Shown here piece after piece: positions 25,456 through 39,627 of a stretch of 64,000 nucleotides of DNA. The translations under genes were made by a program, and so were the position numbers. The notes beneath the pieces are model-generated. The model had not been told where the DNA came from, made no database searches, and saw only the letters and a program-made list of their open reading frames with translations. Each line of letters begins with the position of its first letter. The stretch's first letter is position 1. Origin of the DNA: Octopus vulgaris (lineage: Eukaryota); NCBI GenBank assembly GCA_951406725.2, contig OX597834.1, forward strand, positions 39,370,001 through 39,434,000. The letters are read 5' to 3'.

Positions 25456-26017
25456 ATCTGCGTGTTTCTCCATTCGCACATCCACATAATTGTCATCTCC
25501 TTACCATCTCGAAACTCTCGAACAAACCAACGAGTTCTTCAACTGAAAATTCTTTCTTTTCCATCTCAACAGTTCGTTCTCCCTGAGACATCATTCCACA
25601 CCATATTCAACTGGGTATCCGAGATTTAAAAAGACCCTCTACCCCATACCCCGGCTGTATTAAATATCCAACATGCTAAAAGATCGATAAACTGGTTATC
25701 AATGTCAGTTTTAGAATTTATATTTTCATTGCGTTACAGTTTCTTCGATATCTCTTCTTATGAAATTGTCTTCTTCCAGGCGTGTATACATCTCAGGCTG
25801 GATTCGAACACCTTTATGTAACCGGTGTGCAATCACCACTTGAAGCATTTCAAGAGGAGGTCGTTACTATCACGAAGCTATTCGTACGACCGATGTAAAA
25901 AAAAGCAACTAAAAAAACACATACCCTTCATATGTATACACACATATATATACATACATATATATATATATATATACACATATATATACATATATATATA
26001 TATATATACATATACAG

Positions 26018-26122
<105 letters not shown>

Positions 26123-26785
26123 CGTATATATATGCTAGCTTAAAAGTCGCTCAGTCGGGTGGCTGTTAAGCTAGCACCTGTGGAGGGCTCTTTATTAAGC
26201 CTTGCGCCCAACAATGACATTTCATTTTATTAAATTTGAACAATATTTTTCAAGCAATGGACAATTTTCATCAGAAGAATGATATAATTTGTCGAATTGG
26301 AACTTATTGCAAAGCTGCATGATAAACAACAGTACCACCACTATCGCCACCACATCTGCCATACACGCACCATTCAGTATTCTGACGCCACCTCTATCAA
26401 TACCTTTGCCGTCGCCGCCTTCCTCTCCACCACCATCACCACTGTCTTTCACATCGCTTACTCTCACCGCCATCCCTGACCGCCTCGGCCACCATCACCA
26501 TCTTCACCGCCGCCCCGCCTCTGTCACAACTACAGTTCATACTATCACCCCATTACCATTAGTGTTCAGTATGTTGGTTTAGTTTTCAGTCCCTCATTCT
26601 CTCACATACCCCTTCTTTCTCTCTCTCCCTCTCCCTCCCCTCCCCCTCTCTCTCTTATTATTATTACTCTCACCCCAACATGAGCAATAGTAGAAGTGTC
26701 ATTGAATAGTGAAGAGGGGGTTAGAGTGTGACACACTGACACACAGGAATTAGCTTTCGCATTTATGGTAATCGATATACATATA

Positions 26786-26832
<47 letters not shown>

Positions 26833-27896
26833 ATACATATATATATAAATATATATATATGTGTGTATATATATATATATACACACATATATAGATATAT
26901 ATGCACATATATATACACATATATATACGCATATATATATACACAGACAGATGGACAGAAAATAAGACGGACAGACAGGCAGACAGACAGACAGACAGAC
27001 AAGCAGACAAGCAGACAGACAGAGAAGTACAAGCAGTCGTACGTAAAAGTAGAAAGTTCCCATCGAATGTTGATAAAACTCTGCAGCAGCACCACCACAA
27101 GTAGCAGCACAAGTAGCAGCAGCAGCAACAACAGCAGCAACGACATCAACAACAACAATAGCAGCAGCGGCAGCAGCAGTAGTACCCGCGATGCTGCCTT
27201 CCTGCCTCTCTATTCTAGAACTTGTATTCAGCATGAATACTTCAAACGAAATGAAATCAAATCCAAGCAGAAATGGCTTTCCTACCAGCCGCACAACAAC
27301 TTCCGTTCCACTCAAAGAGAAGCTTACTCATGGCCGTGACCAACCGAACAATCGTCGCTCCTAGCTGTCGGGATCGACGAACGCACAGGAACATAGACAT
27401 TCACACGTACGCACATACGCATGCATATATATACAGACACGTACACGCAATTGTGGGCACGCACGCGTACACATACATATGTGTATGCATACAGGCGTAA
27501 ACGAATACATATATATACATGCATGCAATAAAGAAATACGTACATAGCTATCCACGGGTAAATCTATTTTGTTCTAATTCTGACACATAAACGTATGTAT
27601 GTATGTGTGTATGTATGTATGTATGTAGGTATGTATGTATGTATGTATGTATGTATGCATGTATGTATGTATGAGTGTGTGTATGTATGTATGTATGTAT
27701 GTATGTATGTATGTATGTGTGTATGTATGAGTGTGTGTATGTATGTATGTATGTATGTATGTCTGAAACTATGTATGTATGTAAGTATGTATGTGTGTAT
27801 GTATATATGTACGTATGTATGTAAGCATGTATGAATGGATGTATGTGTGTATGCATGTGTATATATTTAGATGCATCCACATACACGCACACTTAC

Positions 27897-28045
<149 letters not shown>

Positions 28046-28421
28046 AAGATAGATAGATAGATTGATTGATAGGTAGATGGGTAGATAGTTGTATTTATGT
28101 CTCCATACAAAATACGTATTCACAAAAAGTGATGTAACTATGTGTGTGAGTGTGTATATGTAGGTATATATATATATATATACATACATATATACACACA
28201 CATATCCCTACACAAGCACCAATATCTGTGTGTATGTTTGTGTGTGTGTGTGTGTGTGCGTGCCTGCACATATGTCTCCGTTTGTGCGTGCTTTTGTAAA
28301 TAAGTGCGCCTTTCAAACCAACGAGACTTTTGTCTAACTCATTAAAATTCTCGTTAAAAATTCAAACAAAACTGGTTAAAGAGAAATAAATGGCTTGTAT
28401 CAGAGTATGGTGCAGTACTAG

Positions 28422-28452
<31 letters not shown>

Positions 28453-28456
28453 TATG

Positions 28457-28670
28457 ATGTGACAATTATTCGGTAACCATGATAAAATTCCGCGTTTTAT
28501 TTTCGCTGGCCCGATAACTGAAGAGATGCCGGCGTGGGTTTCCGCCTTGACATCCGAAACTCGAAATTTTTATCAAGGCTTCAGAATAATTGTCACATAT
28601 TATATTTACAGATATATTCCTCTATTTACATAATATCGAGGTCTCTTTCATTCTTTTGTTGTCTTGCCAT
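28457..28670 (+). mobile_element. Penelope-like fold-back element (about 40-bp arms) with hammerhead fold
   Basis: Arms 28457-28497 and 28557-28597; about 70-nt extension; (TA)n upstream. Confidence 0.7.
28513..28574 (+). ncRNA. Type-I hammerhead ribozyme fold with canonical core
   Basis: gataa-CTGAAGA-gatg...ggcg...cgcc...catcc-GAAA-ctcgaaattt-ttatc; stem III degenerate. Confidence 0.6.
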
Positions 28671-28826
28671 TCCTTTATAGGCACAGGCGTGGCTGTGCAG
28701 GAAGTAGCTTGCTTTCTAGCAACACATTTCCCACTGCGTGGCACCTTGGGTAGACCAAAGCCTTGTGAGAGGATTTGGCAGACGGAAACTGAAAGAAGCC
28801 CGTCGTGCATATATATATACATATAC

Positions 28827-29150
28827 ATCATCGACTCCTTCACCTGCACCTCCAGCAATATCATCCATTGCATCTCCTGCTCTCTCTGCCATTCCCTGTA
28901 CATCGGACAAACGGGACGCCGCTTGGCTGACCGATTCGCGGAACACCTCCGAGACATCCGCCTTGCCAATGACACACCGGTCTCACGCCATTTCCGCTCC
29001 ACCGGTCACTCCTTGGAATACCTGTCTGTGTTCGGATTGTCCTTGCACAGAGGCCATCCGGATTCCCGTTTGGACCGTGAACAGGGATTAATCTTCTCTC
29101 TTCGCTCTTTTACGCCATTTGGTCTCAACTCTCCCCCCCTTTTCATCTAA
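28827..29150 (+). CDS. Penelope GIY-YIG endonuclease domain (C-terminal fragment)
   Basis: FTCTSSNIIHCISCSLCHSLYIGQTGRRLADRFAEH...VSRHF...RE..LI......PFGLN: CxxC, YIG, RxxEH, HF, RE and GLN hallmarks. Confidence 0.92.
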   Translation: MIDSFTCTSSNIIHCISCSLCHSLYIGQTGRRLADRFAEHLRDIRLANDTPVSRHFRSTGHSLEYLSVFGLSLHRGHPDSRLDREQGLIFSLRSFTPFGLNSPPLFI

Positions 29151-29739
29151 CCCCCCTTTTTTTTCATCTAACCTCCCCCCGACTCCTACTTCTCTTCAGT
29201 ACTTCATCTTTTCACCCCTACTATCTTTCCCTCCTCTTCCCTCCTTTCCCTTCTTCCCTCTTCTTTCTTCTTCCCTCTTCCCCCTCTCTCTTTCTCTCTG
29301 TTCCCTCACTCCCCTTCTCTTCCCCTCCTCCTCCTCTCCCTCTCCCCTCCTTTCCCCTCCTCTTCCTCTCCCCTCCTCTCCCTCTCCCCTTCTCCTTCCT
29401 TCTCCTCCTCTCCTTTCTTCTCCCCTCCCCCCTCCTCCTCTCTCCCCCACACCACACTACACTACACCATACGACATTACGCATCACATCATACATACAC
29501 ACGTCTAGACCACCAGCCCTCTTCCACATGCACATACATACTCTCTTATGCACACACGCACCTTCAGGTTGGAGCGAGGTCACTTGACCCTGTTATCTCC
29601 CCTACTATCCCTCTAGCGTCTAACGTCTGACCTCTAACGTTTGACCTCCGATCTCTGACTTCTCCTGAAATCAGAACGCCATGTTGGATCGTTAGCCCCT
29701 ACACGCAATGTTTTTCTCTCCTTGTTTCTTTTCTGTGTA

Positions 29740-29777
29740 TCTTTCTGTCGAAGAGCGTAGGCTCGAAACGTAAAGGA
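29740..29777 (+). ncRNA. Minimal hammerhead-like motif of the Penelope pLTR (A6U variant)
   Basis: tcttt-CTGTCGA-a-gagc gtag gctc-GAAA-CG-T-A-aagga. Confidence 0.65.
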
Positions 29778-29880
29778 CTTGTTTTATTTCTATTCCTGAG
29801 CGCCATACTAATACATTGTTTGTTTGTACTCCACCTGCCTTCGTCGTTTGTTTATTTTCGTAAACCTTCCCGTTATACAT

Positions 29881-29963
<83 letters not shown>

Positions 29964-30271
29964 TATGTAATATATATATAAATATATGTGTGTATGTGTG
30001 TGTGCTTGTTCCCACGTTATCGCTTGACAATCGATGCTGGTTCGTTTACGTCCCTGTAACATTAGCGTTTCGGCAAAAAATACCGATACCTTTGGTACTA
30101 GAGTTACAAAAAATAAGTCTTGGGGTTGATTTCTCTGATTAAATCTCTTCAAGGCGGTGCTCCAACATGACCGCAGTTAAATGACTGAAACAAGTAAAGT
30201 AATATATATACCCACACACATCTATATGTGCGTGTGTATTTATTCATGTATGTGCGTGCGTGCCACTTAGG

Positions 30272-30337
<66 letters not shown>

Positions 30338-30369
30338 TATATATGTAAATATAAAAGTATATATATATA

Positions 30370-30409
<40 letters not shown>

Positions 30410-30412
30410 TGC

Positions 30413-30724
30413 TGGTGATCACCGTGACCGTCCAGGCTATCAGATGTTGCTACACATCGCTGGTCACAATGCGCTTTGCATTGTTTTAGCCTTCAAATGA
30501 CACCAGTCCACTGGCTAAGCGAGCAGGCCAACAGAAGAAAGAGTAAGAGAAATTTGTAGCGAAAGAGTACAGAAGAGATCGCCACCCCCACCCCCTGCCG
30601 GAGTCTCGTGGAGTTTTTGGTGTACTCGCTCAATAAACACTCACAACGCCCGGTCTGGGAATCGAAACTGCGATCCTACAACCGCGAGTCCGCTGCCCTA
30701 ACCACTGGGCCATTGTGCCTCCAC
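30413..30724 (-). mobile_element. SINE head A + tail E
   Basis: Reverse-complement match to 34634-34925. Confidence 0.88.
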
Positions 30725-30790
30725 ACACAGACATTTGTGTGTGTGTGTGTATATATGTATATATAAAGGATATATATATATATGTGTATA

Positions 30791-30826
<36 letters not shown>

Positions 30827-30844
30827 TGTATGTATGTATGTATG

Positions 30845-30921
<77 letters not shown>

Positions 30922-30932
30922 GCATACATATG

Positions 30933-31045
<113 letters not shown>

Positions 31046-31531
31046 AGTTAAGCGTGCCAGAGATTAGCGTCGGAACAAAGCAAGTTTCAGCTAAAAATAA
31101 GCTTTTATATATCTTGATTATTAATATACGCACCTGTTGTTTGACTTTACAATTACGCTTTCTACTTCAAAGTCGCACCAAGCACCTCTTACAACCTCCC
31201 AATTCTATTCCTTCACACCCGATTCCCACCCAAGTGCCACACCTTTGAAACTCCCCACGTGTTCCGCTGCCAGCTGTATGCTATCAGTACATACTCCAGG
31301 AAACGTACCTGTAACACCTGGTGGAAATCAGCCGTTACCACCTCCAACGGAGTTCTTTTACCCGCCTCTCACACGGGCGCTCAGGTAACCACAGGGAGAG
31401 CAATGGGTGACCAGAAATTTCACAAATTCTTCTCTCCCCCCCCCCACCCATCCATCGTCTTCCAAATTGTAGCAATTTTTCTGACAGCCCCTCCCCCTCC
31501 GCTCCCTTACCGCAAGTAATTTTATAAAATA

Positions 31532-31939
31532 CTCTTTACTCTTTTACTTGTTTCAGTCATTTGACTGCAGCCATGCTGGAGCACCGCCTTTAATCGAGCA
31601 ACTCGACCCCGGGACTTATTCTTTTGTAAGCCCAGTACTTATTCTATCGGTCTCTTTTGCCGAACCGCTAAGTAACGGGGACACACCAGCATCGGCTGTC
31701 AAGCAATGCGAGGGGGGGGACAAACACAGACACACAAACACACACATGCATAGATATATATATATACATATATACGACGGGATTCTTTTCAGTTTCCGTC
31801 TACTAAATCCACTCACAAGGCTTTGGTCGGCCCGAGGCTATAGTAGAAGACACTTGCCCAAGGTGCCACGCAGTGGGACTGAACCCTGAACCATGTGGTT
31901 GGTAAACAAGCTACTTACCACACAGCCTCTCCTGCGCCT
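31532..31939 (-). mobile_element. SINE family B, full length
   Basis: Highly similar to 3713-4125. Confidence 0.92.
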
Positions 31940-32264
31940 ATTCCTCAAAATTCCTCAAATCTTTCTTGCTTCTAACAGAAAAGCATTGCATTGTAGCGCT
32001 CCCGCTGAAATTTCCTCAGAACGATTTGACGTAGAACCCCGTTCAGCTGGAAACTTGCGTTCCTGCCCCTCTGTCTCTGTATGTATGCATATGTGTGTGT
32101 GTGTGTGTGTATGAGAGTGTTTGTGTGTGTGTGTGTGTATGTGTGTGTGTGTGGTTCATTTTCTAGAGAAATTCCTTGAAACCATGTCACCATCAAAGGT
32201 TTTGTCCATGTTTGTCGTATGTGTCTTCAATCTGGAAGTCCATGCTTCTCTCTGTTTCCCCTTC

Positions 32265-32302
<38 letters not shown>

Positions 32303-32412
32303 ACTCTCTCTCATTCATTCAATTCGTCTCTCTGTATCTCTGTCCCTATATATTTCTCTCTTGGTAAACATAAAAACGCCCATCGTATATATATACACAC
32401 ATATATATATAC

Positions 32413-32448
<36 letters not shown>

Positions 32449-32653
32449 TCTTTTGTTCTTTTATTTGTTTCAGTCAGTTGACTGCGGCCATGCTGGAGCA
32501 CCGCCTTTAGTCAAGCAAATTGACCCCAGAACTTATTCTTTTGTAAGCCTAGTACTTATTCAATCGGGCTCCTTTGCCGAACCGTTAAGTTGCTGTGACG
32601 TAAACACACGAACATCGGTTGTCAAGCGATTGTGAGGGACAAACACACGCACA

Positions 32654-32715
<62 letters not shown>

Positions 32716-32859
32716 CACGATGGGCTTCTTTCAGTATGCGTCTACCAGATCCACTCACAAGGCTTTGGTCGGCCCGAGGTTATAGTAGAAGACACTTGCC
32801 CAAGGTGCCAAGCAGTAACCATGTGGTTGGCAAGCAAGCTACTTACCACACAGCCACTC
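32449..32859 (-). mobile_element. SINE family B
   Basis: Match to B consensus. Confidence 0.9.
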
Positions 32860-32894
32860 AATATATATATATATGTATAGTGTGTGTATATGTA

Positions 32895-33116
32895 TATATC
32901 TGTGTTTGTCCCGTAACACCCTTCGATAACCGGTGTTACTTCGTTTACGCTCCCGTAACTTAGCGGTGCAGTAAAAAGAAAACCAATAGAACAAGTGACA
33001 GAGTTTCTTAGTTATTTTCCTTTTTTTCTTGTCAAATACTGGTATTGCTTCGCTCGAGGAAAACCCTTCAAGGCAGTGCCACAGCATGGCCGCAGTCTAA
33101 TGACTGCAACAAGTAA
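32895..33116 (+). mobile_element. SINE family B tail, older
   Basis: cccgtaacttagcgg...cagcatggccgcagtctaatgactgcaacaagtaaa. Confidence 0.8.
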
Positions 33117-33406
33117 ATGACACGCAAACGGCAAAATACAAACGTCAACACACATATGTGTATGCGTGCGCATGCGCGTGTGTGTGTGTGGTGGCGTGGC
33201 GTGGCGTAGGGTTCTAGTAGTGTGGTGAGCATTAAAGACAATTCGAATGGACGATTAAACTGTTACGCAAGACTTCTGAGTCATTTGCTAAAAAGCAACC
33301 CTAGATTTATCAGCTAGAGCCGTTCCCCTCCTCCTTTCTAGTTGCCCCTTGTACAGTGTACACACACACACACACACCCAACATAATATATACATATATA
33401 GGTGTG

Positions 33407-33451
<45 letters not shown>

Positions 33452-33688
33452 CTATACGTATATATATATATATATAAACATATAGAAATATATATTATAT
33501 CATACATATTATACATATACATAGACACACACAGACACATATATAGATATGTATGCATGTACGTATGTATGTATATAAATATATACGACCCCTTGTACAG
33601 TGTACACACACACACACACACATCAAACATAATATATATATATATACATATATACGCATATATATATATAGATATATATATATATGCG

Positions 33689-33721
<33 letters not shown>

Positions 33722-33743
33722 ATATACGTATATATATATATAT

Positions 33744-33786
<43 letters not shown>

Positions 33787-33871
33787 ATGTATATATAGAG
33801 AGAAATATATATTATGTCATGATATATATTATACATATACATAGACACACACTGACACATATATAGACGTG

Positions 33872-33916
<45 letters not shown>

Positions 33917-34633
33917 ATAAATATATATGGCCAGACAAAACTAATACGAACCAGACAAGAAATTACACACAGATGGCAGATCTGTCACATCAATGGTAAG
34001 AGAGAGAGAGAGAAAGAGAAAGAGAGAGAGAGAGAGAGGCAGGGTGGGAGGAAAGGCGTGAGAGAGTGTAATGTACGTTTACATCAAAGGTATACATGTG
34101 TTGAGGTGGGAGGAGGCGGAGGAGGCTGCGACTCGGTGTATTGTAAAGACTTGTAGAGGAAATATGAAAGTTTTTCAATTTATTCCATAAAACGGGGCTG
34201 TAATCGTACATACATACCTACATACATGCATACATACATACATACATACATACATGTATACATGCATATATACATACATGCATGCACGCCTACAAAGAGG
34301 CAAACACATTTAAAGATATATACATACATACATACATACATACATACATAGATAGATACATACATACATACATACATACATACATACATGCATACATACA
34401 TACATACATACATACATACATGTAGACATGCATATATATATACATACATACATACATACATACACATATTCATACACACACATACTGCATACATACATAC
34501 ATACATACATACATACATGTAGACATGCATATATATATATACATACATACATACATACATACATACATACATACATACATACATGCATGCATACAAAGAC
34601 GCACACACATTCAAAGATATATACATACATATA

Positions 34634-34925
34634 TGTGGAGGCGCAATGGCCCAGTGGTTAGGGCAGCGGACTCGCGGTCGTAGGATCGCGGTTTCGATTC
34701 CCAGATCGGGCGTTGTGAGTGTTTATTGAGCGAAAACACCTAAAGCTCCACGAGACTCCGGCAGGGGGTGGTGATCCCTGCTGTACTCTTTCGCCACAAC
34801 TTTCTCTCACTCTTTCTTCGCTTAGCTAGCAGGGTGGCGTCATTTGAAGGCTAAAACAATGCGAAGCACATTGTGACCAGCGTTGTGTAACAACATCTGA
34901 TAGCCTGGTCGGTCACGTGATCACA
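34634..34925 (+). mobile_element. SINE head A + tail E
   Basis: gtggaggcgcaatggcccagtggttaggg...tagcctggtcggtcacgtgatcac. Confidence 0.9.
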
Positions 34926-35159
34926 TATATATATATATATACAAGTACGTATGTATGTATGAATGTATGTAAGTATCATGTATGTGTGTATCCGTGTGTC
35001 CGTACGCGTATGTACGCATAAACTCGTACACGTAAGTATACATATACGTATGTATTTACATACATGCATATATGCGTACATGCGTACATGCCCCCCCCCC
35101 CCCCCCAACACATGCATATGCATGTTTCTATGTATCACACATTTTTGAACTTCTGTGCA

Positions 35160-35355
35160 TATTATCCAAGGGAAAAGCGAAGGGGCCGATTCAACTTGGC
35201 ACTAGGGACGTCGCAACTCATTTCTACAGCTGAGTAAATTGGAGCAACGGGAAATAAATTGAAATGCTCAAGAACACAACACACAGCCCAGTCCAGGAAT
35301 CGAACTCACTACCTCATGATCGTGAGCCCGACGCTCTAGCCACCGAACCATGCCA
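35160..35355 (-). mobile_element. SINE head F + start of tail G
   Basis: Minus: gagttcgattcctgg...ttcttgagc...ttgctccaatttactcagctgtagaaatgagttgcgacg. Confidence 0.8.
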
Positions 35356-35394
35356 CTTCGCCTTCGTCTGAAGACTAAAGGTAAAAGTGAGGTT

Positions 35395-35640
35395 ACCTTC
35401 TCGAGTCATACCGACTAATAAGGATCGGTTTCCCAGTTTCTGTGTCGTATAAATTCCACCCCCTGGACGAGTCACCGGTCCGTCGCAGGGTTACTCATTT
35501 TTGCCAGCTGAGTGGACTGGAGCAACGTGAAATGAAGTGTTTTGTTCAAAAACACAACGCGTCGCCCGGTCCAGGAATCGAAACCACAATCTTACGATTA
35601 TGAGTCCAACACCCTAACCATAAAGCCACGCTCCTCCACT
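35395..35640 (-). mobile_element. SINE head F + V-like tail
   Basis: Minus: ttgctccagtccactcagctggcaaaaatgagtaaccctgcgacggac...cagaaactgggaaacc. Confidence 0.8.
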
Positions 35641-37922
35641 TTGACTTTGCCTGAGGATTCTGCCCCAACGATCCTCCCAAGAATAGTGAGCGACGAAAAT
35701 GGATGGATGAATGGATGGATGGAAAGCTATATAGATAGAATAAAAATGATGAGATACCACAGCGTGAATTGTTTTGGGTGGTGATGGATTGCGTAGATCA
35801 AATCTCCACCACCTTCTCAAGCATCTTGGTGCCACAGTAAAAAAGATATGGCAACAGTGAGAGATACATTATACCACAAAGGATTTCAGGGTACCCAATC
35901 ATTGGGGGTGCACCTGATAAAATTCTTGTGCTCCTCAAAACACTGTTTTTATCTGCTAGGGATAAGCAATAATTACCTTTGAGGAATGAGACAAGTTGCA
36001 ACTGTTACTGGACTGATAAAATCGTTAAGGCGCCGGACAAAAAGCTTAGCGGCATTTCTTTCGGCTCTTTACGTTCTGAGTTCAAATGCCGCTGATTCCA
36101 CTTAGCTTTTAATTTTTTAAATTTTTTTGGTGGGTGTCAAGAAAATAAGTACCAGTCGATTAAATGGTCGCCAATGCTCTACTTCTTCTCTTGTCTTGTA
36201 ACGGCATTCACCCAGGAGGGATGAAGCTGGTTCCTGTTGAGTTTGCCGTGTCATTTGTCGGCAGCCGATTCTGCAACGTTTTGAAGCCATTCCCGGTTCC
36301 AGCGACAAATGCCAAAAACTCAAGGGACAGAAACGAGCTCCATATCAGCTTTGACTGTCGTGAGTCACGTATTCAGTAGAAGACGAGGCAGTGATCAACA
36401 AGATTCGATGTAATCGATACTCTTTCTGCACCCGCCACTAAAAATTGCTGGTCTGCCTCGTGCTAAAGTTAGAAAAAATTGCTATCAAACGCCGTGAAAG
36501 TTTTAATTTGGGGAGACATTTTTGTACGAAGGCAGAGGAGGAAAATTATAGCACTGCATGGTTCTTTTCCTCTGGGATGGACAAAAAAAAAAAAAACAGT
36601 GAACAGAGCGGGACTATGTGTACAGCGCCACCTACTAAAAACATGCAGCACTCTGTAATGAACAAAAACAAGAAGAGATTGTTACAAGGGAGTTAACTCG
36701 GAGATATAAGTATGGAAGTCAACCGTTGGGTTAATATCGCTGCCCAGGAGAGAAAGAAAAATAATTCCAATTGGGATGAATTTAAGGGTCTTATCAAGAA
36801 TTTTAGTTCTAACTATTCGACGGAAGCTATTTTGCCATTATCGTTAATCGCTCTTTTACATCCTGGCTTTCTGTCTTCTTGACTTAGTTGCCCAAATTCT
36901 CCTTCTCTGTTTTTTTCCTGAATTTAAAATAGTCAGACAGGCAGTCAGACAGATATAAGATATGCATACGTACACACTCGCAGATTTGCTCACGCACACG
37001 TATATATTTACACATGTGTGTATATTTTCATACATATACATACACACACATGCATATACATATACATATACATACATACATACATACATACATACATACA
37101 TACATACATACATACATACGTACATACATATATGACTGCGAGTATAATATCTGATATATATATATATATATATACATATATACACACTGTTGCATATAAT
37201 TCTATCACAACCGCCAACTAACTCTAAGTGGCCCTCAAAGCTACTACGTAAGATGAAGTACATATGAATAGTACTCTCTCTGTCTCCCTATCTGTCTGTC
37301 TGTCTCTCTCTCTGTGTCTCTCTCTCTCTCTCTCTCTCACTTTCTCCCTTTTTCTTCTATTCCATCTGTGTACGTATGTATGTATATATATATATATATA
37401 TGCACGTCCGTCTACAGCTCTCTCTGTACGTATACATACGCACATATTTATATATATATAGTATGTATGTCTGTGTATATGTATGTGAGTTTGGATGTAC
37501 GTAATAGGTCTAGAGTCTCTCAAAGTGCTGCTGTCTGCCAGATAGATTATTGTGTAATAGGTTAGTTAATACCGTCAGTGTATTAGGTATTAAAGAACTG
37601 TGGTCTCCTTAACATGAAAGAAGTGTTTGCTTGGAATGGTTTGGCTTTTGTGCAGAACTGAAGCGACAACATGAGGTGCTTTGGCTGGAGAGGAACTTGA
37701 AAGGAGGCAGGAATAAAAATGCACTAATATAGGTAGGAGGTGTGGGGTGTGTGGTTGTGGTTGTGTGTGTGGTAGTGGTGGAGGTGGATGTGGAGGTGTG
37801 GAGATGTGGATGTGGAGGCGATGGCGGTGCTACTAGGGATGCTGGTTGCTGGTAATGGCGGTGATGGTGGTTGGAAGCACGTTTTCTTTTTTCCTATCTG
37901 GGACAGCGGTAGTTAAAGTATG

Positions 37923-37957
<35 letters not shown>

Positions 37958-38007
37958 GTGTGTATGCATATAAATTTATTTGTGTGTGTATATGTATGTA
38001 TATATAC

Positions 38008-38056
<49 letters not shown>

Positions 38057-38059
<3 letters not shown>

Positions 38060-38150
38060 GCACATGTATACATGTATATGTACGTAAGTATGTGCATATA
38101 TATATACATATATACACACACACATACATATATGTATATACATCTACATG

Positions 38151-38182
<32 letters not shown>

Positions 38183-38340
38183 CGCACATGTATACATGTA
38201 TATGTACGTAAGTATGTGCATATATATATAAATATATACACACACACATACATATATGTATATACATCTACATGTTCATATATATATATATATACGCACA
38301 TGTATACATGTATATGTACATAAGTATGTGCATATATATA

Positions 38341-38372
<32 letters not shown>

Positions 38373-38456
38373 TATGTATATACATCCACATGTTCATATA
38401 TATATATATATATATATATCTATACGTACATGTATACATGTATATGTACATAAGTA

Positions 38457-38506
<50 letters not shown>

Positions 38507-38570
38507 TACACACACACACACATATATATATACCTCCACATATTCATATATATATATATATATATATACA
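38057..38570. repeat. Minisatellite, about 110-130 bp unit x4, built from degenerate dinucleotide repeats
   Basis: Recurrent tacgcacatgtatacatgtatatgtac(g/a)taagtatgtgca...catctacatgttca. Confidence 0.85.
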
Positions 38571-38815
38571 TATATGCACATATATGTACATGTACATATG
38601 TGCGTATTGTGTGTTTATGTATGTGTGTGTGTGTGTGTTATGTGTGTGAGTATGCACGCGTGTGTGTGTTTGAAAGGTCATTTAAAACGTAGAATTCCTG
38701 CTTTTTTTTTTAAAAGGAAAGTCAATGAGCTCTTTTATGTATTGGTGTATCTGCGGATGTATATGGTTGTACATGTGTGTGTGCATATGCGCCCGTGGGT
38801 CCACTGTGTGTGCAT

Positions 38816-38885
<70 letters not shown>

Positions 38886-39107
38886 AGGTTGTTAAGTACA
38901 TACTATGATGTAAATTGAGGTTACGTGCTCTGAAGTAGCCAGCAGAAAATTCTGAAGATATCTACAGTGTACATGTAAATTACATGTTTCCTTAATATTT
39001 TTTTATCCCCAAATATATTTATACCTAAATACTATCGTATACACATATTTAACTATATATATATATATTAACATGCATACATACATACATATGCATATAT
39101 ATTATAG

Positions 39108-39152
<45 letters not shown>

Positions 39153-39266
39153 CATACATATATGTATATATAAGAACGGATGAATTAGGTATATATACAA
39201 GATACAAGTATATGAACATACATATTGTTCTTAAACATAAACACGTGTGGGCGTGTGTATCTGTGT

Positions 39267-39300
<34 letters not shown>

Positions 39301-39441
39301 GTATATATATATGTATATATATATTTATATGTGTGTGTGTGTGTGCGTAAACATATATATATATATATATATATATATACGCACACATATATATGTATAT
39401 ACATATATATATATGCTCTATAAGTGTGTGTATGTGTGTGT

Positions 39442-39479
<38 letters not shown>

Positions 39480-39586
39480 GTGTACATATGTATATATGTA
39501 TGTTTGCAGTTGTGTATATTTATGTGTGTATGCGTATGTGCGTGTGTGTGCGCATATTTGTATATACATGTGTATACGTGCTTGTG

Positions 39587-39627
<41 letters not shown>

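Larger units (their letters stand above)
28827..29878 (+). mobile_element. 5'-truncated Penelope-like element (GIY-YIG end + 3'UTR/pLTR)
   Basis: Endonuclease fragment, polypyrimidine tract and terminal hammerhead-like motif. Confidence 0.85.
28679..30201 (+). mobile_element. SINE family B split by a Penelope insertion in its internal microsatellite
   Basis: Head 28679-28826 and tail about 29990-30201 are collinear with the B consensus. Confidence 0.85.

Noticed and set aside
28590-28826. N-terminal part of the 186-aa GIY-YIG ORF
   Set aside because: Read-through of a fold-back tail and a SINE head; only 28827-29150 is genuine. The same applies to 23963-24004 of the Tx1 ORF.
34634-34712. 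tRNA gene
   Set aside because: A and B boxes are present but the cloverleaf is incomplete and it runs into a SINE body; the same applies to all SINE heads.
35290-35316. let-7-like tgaggtagt on the minus strand
   Set aside because: Part of the SINE F tRNA head; diverges after 9 nt and forms no precursor hairpin.
38057-38570. CRISPR-like periodicity
   Set aside because: No unique spacers, eukaryotic context, no cas genes.
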